Shown here: piece by piece, positions 30,308 to 43,800 of the stretch | Layout: each line of letters begins with the position of its first letter | Numbering within the stretch: position 1 is the first letter of the stretch | Notes under the pieces: generated by a model | Seen by the model: the letters and a program-made list of their open reading frames with translations, nothing else | The model's database searches: none | What the model was told of the DNA's origin: nothing | From: Priapulus caudatus | Taxonomy: Eukaryota | Direction: 5' to 3' | DNA: 64,000 bases | Assembly: GCF_000485595.1 (NCBI RefSeq) | Contig: NW_014577062.1 | Coordinates: forward strand, 515,512-579,511 | Program-made: the position numbers and the translations under genes

Positions 30308-33300
30308 CGTAATTCTTCATCAACATCGTCAACATCGGTAAATGGAATAGAGAAAGAAAGAATTATACCTGATCCATGGTCTTTTAGTGGCGTTCTACAA
30401 AAATATAGGCATAAGCGCTACGCGAAACAAACGCATATCAAAATCCTTACATGCCACACAGTGTAATATAGTATGTGCATTTGAAATATTATTCCATAGG
30501 TCTATCCGTTGTTTATTTTTTAAATACTGTATGAAAGTAAGGAAAACCTACACTGTAAATATTACTTGATATGGCGCTACACGACCATGGAAGGGGTTCA
30601 ATTCGTATCAGAAATAGCAGCGTATGGTCAGTGCTATACGAGTTTGGGTTGCCTATGGCTTACTGTACCTGTGAAATTTCTTTATATGAATCGCGCTTTC
30701 ACTAAATAAACAATACGCAATGTTGAATCATGCTATTTTCAATCGCTTATGCACCGCGCTCTTGCGTTTTATTATATGACATCGAAATGCCGCGTCGCAT
30801 GCTCGGCATGTGGTGTTAAATCGGATGTTCATAGATGCTGGGAGTTTGTTAACTGGGAATGTCTAAATTCGACACATTTTTGTTTTGTCATTAATCTCAA
30901 ATCACTTTGTATTTTAAGGCAGTGTTTGTGACTTGTATTGAATTGGAGCTCTTGCACGTTACAATATTACTATAGTAGCAATGGAAGGTATTGCGTCTGC
31001 TGCTCAGCATAGTCTGAAGTTAATATCAGCGAACACCATATTTCAAGGGGAAGACTTTTATTTTGACGTCTTCATTTGCATGCAGATAGTAAATGAATAC
31101 ATATTATTTACAGCAAAAGTATCAACACATATAATAGAACTTGTCAGCATATGGGCAGCAACTTGTTGGACGTTTACTACGTTACTGCAGTCTATTTTCA
31201 AACTTGCTAAAGCATCGGCATCATAGACTTTATATAAGTAATGGGTTAGCAAAACTGGTTATAATTTGCTCATGTTCTCGTGCTATATACTGCAGGCAAA
31301 GCTTTTCTAATTTAGACACTACTGTACAGATAATCTGAACTTTGCTGATATATACAAGTAAATGCATGCGTTGCAAATAAACATTCCAATTGCGCCTATG
31401 CGGACAGCAGTCGAGACTCAATCGCGAGTATTGAAGAAGTATTAAATAGTAACCAGACATTAGGCAGATTAATATATTAATTTCCTATTTTAAATACGCT
31501 CCAGAAGATATGCAAGTTTCACAATATATGTATAAGAATATATCCTTAAATCTTATGTGGGGACGCTCCATGTCATCAGCTGTATGGTGGGCGATGATCT
31601 AAGCTGTGCCTGCTGGGTTGTCCACCCACGGATAAGCAGCCGGACAGTCGGCACAGGTCTGGAAGAACCTGTCGCCTTGATTCTCCTCGTCGTTGGGTTC
31701 GTGGGTGATGTTATGGTACCCACAAAGGTTGGGGTGCTCGCAGAGTGGGGTGCGGTCGGCGTAGTTACAGGCGAACACATCGGATCTACCGATGTTGGAG
31801 AGTTTGACCGGGTTCTGGATCCATGCAAGCGCCTGACTGTAGGTGACTAGGTAGACATCGTTGTTCTCCTGAATTTCGTCCAGGAACTCTTGCAGGGCCT
31901 CCAAGTTGTGATAGCCATCATTCAGAAACCACCTGTTAAAGAACAGCCGATAGATAAGGTACGATCATTCACTGTGAGAAATTCATAGCGTTCCAACGTG
32001 AACTGAAACTTTGTGTGGGCCGTCTACAATACGTAAACATCGTGCAGTCAACAAATGTCATTCCTGTTAAGTGATAATAGGTTCCCCGTAATGGCAATTT
32101 CTGCGCTATAAACTCACCTTGCGCGCAGATTGAGAGTGAATGGAGCCTTATTGGTGTTGTAGTGGCGGCGGAAGTTGCTCCTTAGTAGCTCAAGAGCTTC
32201 TACCCTATCAACAGGGAAATAGCAGCTGTCTACGTTTGCGCACAGAGTGTCGTTGGTGTCCTGCCAGTCCACAAGCGGAATTTCCCAAATACCGGGTACG
32301 GACTCAGTTACACACGGTGGGATGGCGCAGCCAGCGCTCGACTGATAGTCAAATGTGTACGGCCAATAGGGAGGGTCCATCTTGTCAGTGGGGAAGGAAG
32401 AGTCGTAGGTAAATCCTTCTTCCTGCATCAGCTTAATGTAATCAGTGCCCTTCGTCTGGAGGTAAGCAGCTCTAACACCGTGGATGTCATTCGGGGGGAT
32501 ACCAGCCAGGTTGTTGAACTGCACAAGCTGGCCCGAATACTCAGCAGCGAGTTCCTCATCAGAAGCTTCTGCCCAGAATGCAGCCGGTGTCCTCTTTCTG
32601 TAAGGTGATTGCGGTCATATTAGTGCCTTATTAGAGCGCAAGTTATATTACATCATTACAATATCTCATTGATAGCGTAGGCGTTCAGAAACGGAGGTTA
32701 TACTTACGTGATAGAATGAGCAGCAAACTCGTTGCCCTCAGAATACAGACTCTGTACAGCAGCGTAGTCAGTGAACTGGTGGCTGGTAAAGAAAGTTGCA
32801 ACGGCTGGACAACCATTGGGATTCTTTCTAGGCTCTCTTTGTCGTTGTCGAGTCACTTTTTTCAATATCTGTGACGATTGTATGAGATAATGAGTATTAT
32901 TATTGCTCGCAATCAACATTGTTCGTGCTTCGCAGCTCTATACTATTCCGTTATATTTGCTTGTTCGTTTTGTTAGGGGTATTCAATGCTACAATGTAGT
33001 CAAAACGTTCGCGAAGGTCTAACACCAAGAGATCAATAGCAACAGAGCGTGACTTATTGTAAATTGCAAAATAATTATATAAATATGTACCTGTTGGATG
33101 AGATGGTTGTAGTCCTCTACTCTTAGAGCCTCGTCCCAGCCAATCAGCACCATCTGTGGGATCTCGCGGATATTCAGTCCGCCAGGGATCTCAGCGTTAC
33201 TGCACTTACAGTTTGGCAGTCTGCATGCGTTGTCATCACAAGCCGGCGCACACCCTTCCTCATCAGAACCATCGTTGCATTCATGGATTCCATTACACTT

Positions 33301-33931
33301 GCTTCTTGGGTCCAGGCACGCAGCTATATGACGTATAGTGATTATTGTTAAGAAAATATCGTATTAATATGACGTTTTTGCGTTTCTCATAATTATAAAA
33401 CGCGCAATACATTATGAGTGCGTTGCCATCAAATATATGCACACTTACCAGGATAAATGTCTTCTGGGGGGATGGTAGGTGCTACTGGAGCCTCATAATT
33501 ACAAGCTTCGTTCGCTGCCTCGTATTTGTCTATACACTTGCTAACAGCCGGCATCCATATAGTGTCTGCTGGACAACGACGGATCTTAGGCCATCCGTGG
33601 TCGCAAATGTAGAATACCTACAATGAACATTTTCGACATTAATTATCGCTGTACATTAATGTTCTCCTCGCTCTATGTACCGTGTTATATTTTTTCGCAT
33701 CTTCCGCGTGTATGGATGTCTACGCCAGTGAATATAGAAACGGAAGGAGAAATGTAGGACCACGTAGAGAAGCTGCGATACCTGGCAATCAGTTGCATCA
33801 GCCGAGAAGTTGAGAGCTCCAATGTATGGATTACAGTCGTCTTCAGCTTGTAGAGGCACACCGAGGCGCTTCTCTACTGGCGAGGCCCATCCTGTAAACA
33901 CGCGCCAGTATTATTCATCCACTGAATGGAG

Positions 33932-33989
<58 letters not shown>

Positions 33990-36900
33990 TCCATCTGCCA
34001 AACCAATGTGTAAACGCTTCTAAAGTGTAAACGTGGCTAATTTGCAAACGCATTTACATGTACTGGTATCGTCGGTAAATGTAACTTTAAAGTTACTATA
34101 CAATTGTAAACGTAAAACAGCGCGTTATCAAATATAGCCAAAATATAATATGAAATTGTTACTTATAAAGTTTCACAGATATATCATTAACAAATTCCCT
34201 TGATGTATTGACTTACCCATATACGCTAGAGCTACGAGAGCGATTAAAAGCTTCATCCTGAACTCTGAGAGGCTGAGAATTGACTGACGATGCTGTGAAT
34301 CGACCGACCATATATACGATTCACTGTCCGCTTTGAACTAGTCACTGTTTTAGGGTTTAAGCATTAAACGGTTACATTTGTCCTTGGGCCAACGCGCGGT
34401 GCAAGGCCGTCTCAGAAATCATGCGCCGTTCTGGAAAACGAGCCTGCCAATACGAATATATTTCTATATATTCTTATTTATTCATAAGGAAATTAGAGTT
34501 ATGGCTGATGACAGCTAAACTACTTTGGTAAGTAGTTTTTGCCGCGGGCTAATAATTTCTCTTGTATATATCCGTGGTGTCATATTGCTCGCCTAGCGCC
34601 GTAACACTGCCTTGACAGTTACTAGATAGATTATCATGACAACCAGTCGTTCTGGAATGCTACTATACCGTTAACGATGCTTTCATTGTTGCAGTCCTCG
34701 GAACGCAGGCACGCAACCGATGTCATTGTTCATTTGATGGCATTGTGAGCTATCAGTCAGTATCTATCGGCCCGTCGCCCTCTCTCGTGTTTGTCCCTAA
34801 TGAAACAACGCTTGATATTGTTTAATTACCGTAAGAAGTCTACCGATGTCTATTTACTCTAGAATTTGAGTGGGGTTATGTGTGTGTAATCGACATTGCT
34901 GCGATATCTCCTCCGAATGACCTATCAACGTTTTGTGTCTATTGCTCTGTGTGTTCCGTATAACCGTTCGAATGAAATACGGATGAATACGGTTTCTGTT
35001 TTTTTAAATCCCATTGTGGAGTAATAATTTACTCGCATGAATACGTGTTGCATTTATGTAATAACGTACGTGATCAAGGATGGTGTTAGAAGGCACAAAT
35101 GAGTCTAGTATAGCATCGACTACTCTAATGTTGTAGCTCTTGTTCTCTGCTCCTCTCTATTAATAGTCTATAATAGAGTCTAATAATAGTCTATTATTAT
35201 TCACTCCTGATATTATATTCGTTCAGAAATGCTGGATAGAATATCTTTTGCTTCGAATATGCTAATGCAACATTGCCGGCTTAGCTAAGCAACAATGAGT
35301 CCGTTGCCACAGCAACCGTATCGAAGCGATCGCCACCGACCGGTACTTTCATCTCTCCGGACAGTATCCGCTGCCGACAGATGTCACGTGATGCGTGTAA
35401 TTTTTAAAGATGCTCGACTTTGTGAAGGCTAATGCCGACTTACGTGCGTTAAGCATTGACAGCTAAACAACACGGGCGGGCTGGGGCTGACATTAACGAG
35501 CCACTTGCACTATTAGCGAACGATTATCGCAGATCTGGGATCGTGCGGTGAGCAATGGTAGCATCTCGCAGTCATGCGTGACGCAGGCTACGTATACGCG
35601 CACACACAAACGAACGCCGCTACGCCCACCGCTGCCGCCTCCCGGCTCGTCTGACACGACTCCAGATGGTTACATGATAATCGTTGATGATTTGAATTGA
35701 GTTGACGCGATATCTGTACTATCTGATTGATCCGGGGCGGCGGGTGCCACTGCCCGCCAGCGAATTTTTTTTCCTACACGTTATATCCATTGCAGAGTTT
35801 TGGGCTCCTCTGATTGGCTGCTTTAATTTGCTTTGACTCAACAAACATTCAAAACAAGGGAACAAACGATATTTGTAAATATTTATTATGGTTTATGATC
35901 CGTAGATAAGTAAGTTTTCTGATGTATTTTCTAGGAAAAACACACATTTTACTCATTAATATAAAATATAATATCACTATAATTACAATTATTTGTGTAA
36001 ATGTGTTATTTTCATCGTTAACGTTAAGTTATGAGAGGGTCTGGGCTCTCGTAACACTTACTGCATACGACGTATACGTATACGTACTCGTTCTATAGTA
36101 TAGCCCTTCGCTCCGTCGCAGGAGGAAGGAGCGAAGGGCTATAGTACTAGAGCTAAACATACTCGTACTCGTTGACGCTAGACTGAGAAAACGTTTTCTG
36201 GTGTATTTTTTTGAAAAACCTAAAACACACATTTTACACATTTACGATAAAATATAATATCACTATAAGTGCAATTCGTTGTGTACATGTATTTTCAAAT
36301 GTAAACAAGTACTAACACATACGTGTCGTTTAATAACAAAGGTTTGTTTACTTTTTGCTCAGTCTAGCGTCAACGAGTACGTATAGCTCTAGTACTAGTC
36401 TATAGCCCTTGGCTCCTTCTTCCTGCCTGCGACAGAGCGAAGGGGTACTCTATAGTACGAGTACGTATACGTACGTATGTAGTATTACGAGAGCCCAGAC
36501 CCTCTAATAACTTAAGATTAAGATGAAAATAACACATTTACACAACGGATTGTAATTATAGTAAAATGTGTGCTTTTCATAGAAAATACATCATAAAACT
36601 TACTTATCTACCGATCATAAACTAAAACCAATTTTTACATATGGCGTTTGTTCTCTTGTTTTGAAGGTATGTTGAGTCAAAGCAAATCAAAGCAGCCAAT
36701 CAGAGAAACCCAATGGATATAACGTGTAGGAAAAAAAATTCGCTGCCCGCCACGTACGATCAGCATATCGCGGTTCATCGCGATCAAATGTCAGGTGTGT
36801 GCGTAAGCGCAGTGAGCGCACTGGGAGAGATTGCAATTCTGATGTTAGGCACCGCGCTCCGACCGACTGATTTCTTTCTGCCTTCCCGCTCCTAACGAAA

Positions 36901-38083
36901 CATGGATGCATTCCACTCGCTATGATCAGAACTTAGCGGGCGGTATAATGTAGTCATTGTGAGTTATTCTGATCGTACTGTAAATACGCCGACTAAATAT
37001 GCAAAATGAAACTCGGATCGCGTTCAGTAATTCGTGGTGCAGGCGGGGATAGAACGGTCCTACACAACGTACGTAACAATAGATAGTAGCCATTCACATT
37101 GCTCCCCCTTTCCCCTCTTCGTTTATATTATATCGAAAAGAATAGAGATGGTTCAGTGTGAAACGTTTCAAGCTCGCCGTCTGCAGTCTTCGCTGTGCTG
37201 CGCATGCGCACGCCAAGCGAATCAACCAGATCACTAATCCTACGATTTATTTGCATATAAATCATGACAGCGTATTGCGATATCTCCGATATACGTTTCC
37301 TTCTCTTTACGCTATCCCGCACGTGCGCGGCATTGCTATTTCGGCTGCCGAGGCCGCATTTTTAGGTCAGTGGAAATTCTGCCGAGTATATATATATATG
37401 CAATGCCTCTTTAGAATTCAAGTGGGCCCATACAACTATTGATACTAGGTCAGCACTTTCCTTTTTTTAATAAGAGACCTTGCTGGCAATTGCTGCGGAA
37501 GAAGTTTTATTTCTGCTATATGAACAACAACTATGGCCACGTCCAACACCACGCGATCTAATCTAGTAGAGCCGCTATTATATAGTCAAGTATCGTACTG
37601 ACGGACCGGCGTGGGCTTTCACGATTTAATGCGCTCCTTTATGTTTGCGCCCACGTTTACACAAACTCTGACAGGTCTGTGTAGAGACCAATATGGTAGG
37701 AGTGTTCTACCTAGGAGTGTCTTACACCGCATTGTGCTGTCACCACCGATCGAGAACATAGTTCGTTCGCTTCCTTTTAGATGCCGAGTCTGCGTTAGAA
37801 AATTAGGTATGAGTTTGCTGATGCAAATGGACAAGCTGAGTACCAGTGTCATTATCAATGACTCAACTACTCTAGTATCTAGCTCTACAAGAGGTTAAGC
37901 AGTCTAAGTGAACGTACGTGCGATTTCATAGGGAGATTTACATTTTGGCCGGTCGGTGTCAGGTGAAATATGTTGTAAACGCACCGGTTAGAGCAAAAGA
38001 CATTTGAACCGACATCGTTGCTGCTTGTCAAGGCCATGCCTCGATTCAACTGCTTTCATTTCAAGTTTCGGTACCGCAGCTAG

Positions 38084-38133
<50 letters not shown>

Positions 38134-39686
38134 GGATGCGTGGTTGGGTACTGTGTCGGGTTAGTGCGGTGCTGTGCGCGTGTCGTGATGTCGTTGTGTG
38201 GGTTGCAGCTCGTCCCTGTGCTGTGCTGTCAGTGTGTGCATGTGCTGCGCTGCTGGTTGGTATCGGGGCGGTGGTTGTCGTGAGCTGTGTCGCGCGTGTG
38301 AGTGCTGGTCGTGATGGGCTGCTGTACGTGTGGTCATGTGTGGTGCATGTCGTGCGCCGGTCCCGTGGGGCGTGGAGTGTGGTATCGTGCCGTGCAGTTT
38401 GTAATGTTTGCTGGTGTAGCCCGCAAGGTGCGTGTACCCGTGGTTGCGCTGGGTCGCGGTGTTGCGGTGACTGCGCGCGTGTGTGTGGCGGATAGTGTTG
38501 CATTTGCTAGGTGTGTGTGATAGCCGACGTGCGTGTACGCTGCGATTGTAATTCCCTGCGGGCGGTACGGTAATGCGTCATGTTACTCAGTAGGTCACGG
38601 CGTGTAAGCAAGTAATTGATGCGGATGATAGCGATCGTGACTTACGATAGCGATGTACGTATGTCGGTGCTTCGACGCATATCGCGTAGTAGTGGCGGTA
38701 GTTTATTACGTATATCACCGCTAGTGTATCACGTGCAGTCGTATCTCTACGGGTAATCTACGCGTGTAGTACGTGGCGTGTATCTACACGCAAGTCACAC
38801 GTACACGCAGGTACACGCAGATACACGATTATATACATACACTGTATATAGTAGTATACTAAACACGCGAGAGGTTTATCAACTCACACCGGTATAACGC
38901 GGTCACTACTGCTCCAAGCACGCACACGAAAATGTATTATATGACTCTGTGAGTGGTAAATCGACGGACTACCTGCGAACGGCACGGTACAACGCACGTG
39001 CACGCACGTGCACGGGCGGCGTGGTGGGCGAAGGTGCCGTATCGAGGCGCACATATCAAGTTGCACCCTGGCAATCAGTGCATGCATGACGGTTTAGACT
39101 CATACACCCGCTCTCCTAATTTACATCACCACCTTGCAGAGTACCCTCAACAAGGCAGAAGTTTATCTAATACCAATTATAACTAACCGTTAAACGTGTA
39201 TTATATGTATTGCGGTAAATGCGAGTGCCTGAGGCGGGCGGTTTGAGGGCAAGCGCGCTATAGGCGTCTTCGACCATAATAATCTAAAATCACTATAGCA
39301 TAGCAATATCATAAGTATATAACACTCATAATTGATTATAATATAATAAATTTATACAATCGACAGTGTATTGAGTCCACATTCTGGCAAGAGTCCCGTA
39401 TAGAGGTTCTGAGCAGGTGGCTAGCGAACTTAGGCAAATAGTGTCTGATGTGTAGAAATAAAGCCTTTGGCGTATGTACATACAATAAGGGAGGTCTTTC
39501 ATCACATCTTTCACTATCAACTATAACACAGAAGGGGTGGCCCGAAGCTGGGATTACGCCTACAATACGCTATAGATTATAATAAGGGTGACGTGAGCTC
39601 AATATAAAGAATTCTGAATACGTTTGATGCCATTGCCAACGACCACACCGGATGCCAGTGTGTGTGTGTGTGTTGTGTGTGTGTTG

Positions 39687-39721
<35 letters not shown>

Positions 39722-40798
39722 TGTGCGCGCGTGTGCATGTGCGTGTGCGTGTGCGTGTGCGTGTGCGTGTGCGTGTGCGTGTGCGTGTGCGTGTGCGTGT
39801 GCGTGCGCGTGCGTATATATAATTATATATAAATAAATAAATAAATAGATATATATATATATGTATATATATATATTGTGATCTGTTAATACGAATAAGT
39901 GTGAATGATTATACATATGGTGCGCTGCTATGATGTTATGGCCATGATGAACGCGTATGTACATCTCATCAAATGTAAGAGTAAAGCTGGGTTTACACTG
40001 CCAACTTTGTGTTGGAACCAACTTCCCAACGCTCTATCAACCGTTCTATGAACTGTGCAGTGCGTTTACACTGACGACTGCGAGTTGGCCAACGTCGACC
40101 GCGAGCGTACGCGTGTATGGGAGGGGATGTGTCAAAATTCAAACGTTCAATTGATCGATTGATTGTTCAATTGAACAGTCGTTTAATCATTCAAACGTTC
40201 AATTGATCGATTGATTGTTCAATTGAACAGTCGTTTAATCATTCAAACATTCAATTGATCGATTGATTGTTCAATTGAACAGTCAATTTAATCATTTAAA
40301 CGTTCAATTGATCGATTGATTGTTCAATTGATCGATTGCTTGTTCAATTGAACAGTCGTTTAATCATTCAAACGTTCAATTGATCGATTGCTTGTTCAAT
40401 TGAACAGTCGTTTAATCATTCAAACGTTCAATTGAGCAATTAAATAACGAATTGCCAAATTGAATCGCCGAATTGACGATTTGACGAATTGACGAATTGA
40501 CAAATCAAAGGCACGAATACTGAATAAGCGTGTATCTGCCGTACACAGATGGATATGACAGCACGCGTGCATGTATATACTCGCATACACGCGTGCGTGC
40601 GTATACATGCATGCGCGCACGTACACGCATGCGCGCACGTACACGCGTGCGCGCACATACATGCGTGCGTGCACATACAAGCGTAAGCGTACGTACAAGC
40701 ACGCGCGCACGTACACGCGTGCATGCGCGCACGTATACGCGTACGTACACGCATGCGTTCACGTACACGCGTGCACGTACACGCTTGCGCGCACGCAC

Positions 40799-40840
<42 letters not shown>

Positions 40841-40848
40841 TATATTAT

Positions 40849-40886
<38 letters not shown>

Positions 40887-43800
40887 CTACTATTTTATCT
40901 CTATTCTCTTTTTCTGTATTCTACTATTATTCTACCATTATCATTTTACGAGTCCTTCGCGGAGGGCTGTTGAAATGGTACAAGTGAGAAGAACACTGGT
41001 ATTTTATGTATGGTCTGTTACAAGGGCGCAACCACGTGTTGAAAGTTGGGGGGGTCACAAGCAGCCAATAGCAACGTGATCTGCGGGCAAGCGAATATCA
41101 CGTATTGGTTCAATATCACGTATTTCAGCGTGTTGATGGAAGTGTTGCATAATTGTGATGTCATGAATTACATTACTAGGATCATGTATACATAAAATGC
41201 CAAAATGTTTTATTAATTAGATTAAGCTAGTAGTAAAGCTACACACAGACTGTGCTAACTGTGTGACACAGTTAGCATGATTAAGATGAAGAGGTAAATA
41301 ATAATGATGAAAATGATAATACAAAAAAATGTCTGACACGTTAAAACAGAGAACAGTGTTAGAAACCAAATGTGACCTTCATTGAGTCACACTTTGCAAC
41401 AAAATTATTTGCAATTGCTTCAATATCGATTCCAGAACACGTGATAAAAAACAATCGCGTTGATTGGTTCAATTGTCTTTTCGCCGTCACGTCAGCCGGC
41501 CAAAGTCAAACTTTTTTATTTTGTGTGTGTGTCTATAACACAGTTTGCTTGCGAACGCGTGGTGAATATCGTGCTCGATCCATGCACGTGAAATTGAATG
41601 TACTTTGTAGGTCAAATCTAAATGATATTAACAAGGGTTCTATTTAGATATCTGAATCTGAATCACAGTTATCACACTGCACTTGACCACCTGGGGTTTT
41701 TATTTATTTTAACTTTCACCTGTGAAATATTGATGTTTCACGATAATAAACGTTTATCGGACTATTTTGGACCTCCCAGAAAATAAGGTCTTCCAGAAGT
41801 TGGGGAGTTCCACATAAAAGTCGGGAGGGTCGTGACCCCCCCCCCCCAGTGGTTGCGCCCATGGTCTGTTAGGCTTATTAGAAATGCGGTTGAACCCATA
41901 CGGTGATTGTCAGCGCCCTACAGATTCACTGCAATGTCTGTACAAAGAAGATTTCAAACAGCGTCGAATTTGTCATGCACGATTGATTTTAACTAATGGC
42001 AAGACATATAAAATAAGTGCTGTGCACTCGTTCTCGCCTATTGTAACATTGTGATTTTATTTTGTGTATTCACATGTTGATGTCGGGACAAGAAACACAT
42101 CAGTAACACAGTAGTCGTAAATTTGCGGTACGAAAATTTATTACGTTTTGCATACATCTTACCTACCGGCGGGCGGGTCGGTTAAATAGAGGATATTTAC
42201 AGCTTAGGTATCGATATTTAAATATGCAAATAGACATTATAAAAGATTATGCGTATAAAACTGTACGTGAACTGTGTCACCGAGTACCCGCAGCTACTAA
42301 CTAAATAATGGTAATGTGTAATATGTAAATCTAAATGTTGCCTCAGTGATCGGAGGAACCGCCCCCTATAAGTCAACGCGTGACCTAACAGCAGTTTCCT
42401 GTTATGCCGAGTTCCACTCGTACGCAATTGGAATAATTTTCGAGATTTTATCATAGTTAGATTTAGAGTGAGTGTGCAACCGGTCCGGACTTCCGATAGT
42501 ACCTTGATATGACACGAATTGAAAGGCACCAACTCTAAGAACGATTCGAAAGATCATGGCCCCCAAAGTTTTATCATAGAAAGCGCGCCACTTTAAATTA
42601 TAAGCTAATTCTACGTGGACTATGTGTTAAACAAAACTTTAAAAAATGCTAAAAATAAATTCACGCAAAGTACTCTAGAATTGGGGTAAGTACTAATAAA
42701 TATATTATTATATAATGCGACGCTTGTCAACGCAATAAGCAAGTGCGCGATGTTAAATTATTTCCAACGGTCGTTTATAATGGATGGGTAGTCTGTATTA
42801 TCGTCTATAGTAATTTCAGTGAGGATCTAAGCTGTGCCTGCTGGGTTGTCCACCCACGGATAAGCAGCCGGACAGTCGGCACAGGTCTGGAAGAACCTGT
42901 CACCTGGATGTTCCTCGTCGTTGGGTTCGTGGGTGATGTTATAGTACCCACAAAGGTTGGGATGCTCGCAGAGTGGGGTGCGGTCGTCATATTTACACGC
43001 GAACACATCCGAGCTCAGGATGTTAGAAAGCTTCACGGGTTTCTTGATCCACGCAAGCGCCTGACTGTAGGTGACCAGGTAGACATCCAGGTTGTTTTGA
43101 ATCTCGTCCAGAAATTCCTGCAGGGCCTCCAGATTGTGATAGCCATCATTCAGAAACCACCTGTGTGATACCGTACGTTAGTTTGGACACTGCGGATCTT
43201 AAGCACGCGCATGATGTAGCAACAAGATTAACATTTACATGCTATGTAACCCTGTATCAAATCGGTTGTGATAGCCATAATCCAGAAACCACTTGTGTGA
43301 TACCGTACGTTAGTTTGGACACTGCGAGTCTTAGCACGCGCATGATGTAGCAACGAATACAATGAAATCAGTCGCTTACACGGCAGATTAACATTTACAG
43401 GTGTAACCTTGTATCAAATAGATTATGATAGCCATAATCCAGAAACCACTTGTGTGACCACTTCGTAACAATGGAGACATGAAATGACGTGATGCTTACC
43501 TTGCACGGAGATTCAGCGTAAATGGAGCCTTATTGCTCTTGTAGTGGCGAAGGAAGTTGCTCCTCAGCAAGGCGAGAGCTTCTACCTTGTCAGCGGGGAA
43601 GTAGCAGCTGTCAACGTTCTCACACAGGGTGTCGTTGGTGTCCAGCCAGTCTACCAGGGGAATTTCCCAGAAGCCGGCAACGGGTTCGGTTACACACGGT
43701 GGGATGGCGCAGCCAGCGCTGGATAGGTAGTCGAAGGTGTACGGCCAGTAAGGAGGATCCATTTGGTTGGTAGCATAGGAAGAGTCGTATGTAAATCCTT

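Noticed and set aside
38085..38830. GT-rich Cys/Val-rich ORFs
   Set aside because: Degenerate (GT)n or low-quality sequence without coding signature.
40138..40435. Palindromic repeats resembling a CRISPR array
   Set aside because: The sequence between palindromes is itself repeated; it is a minisatellite.
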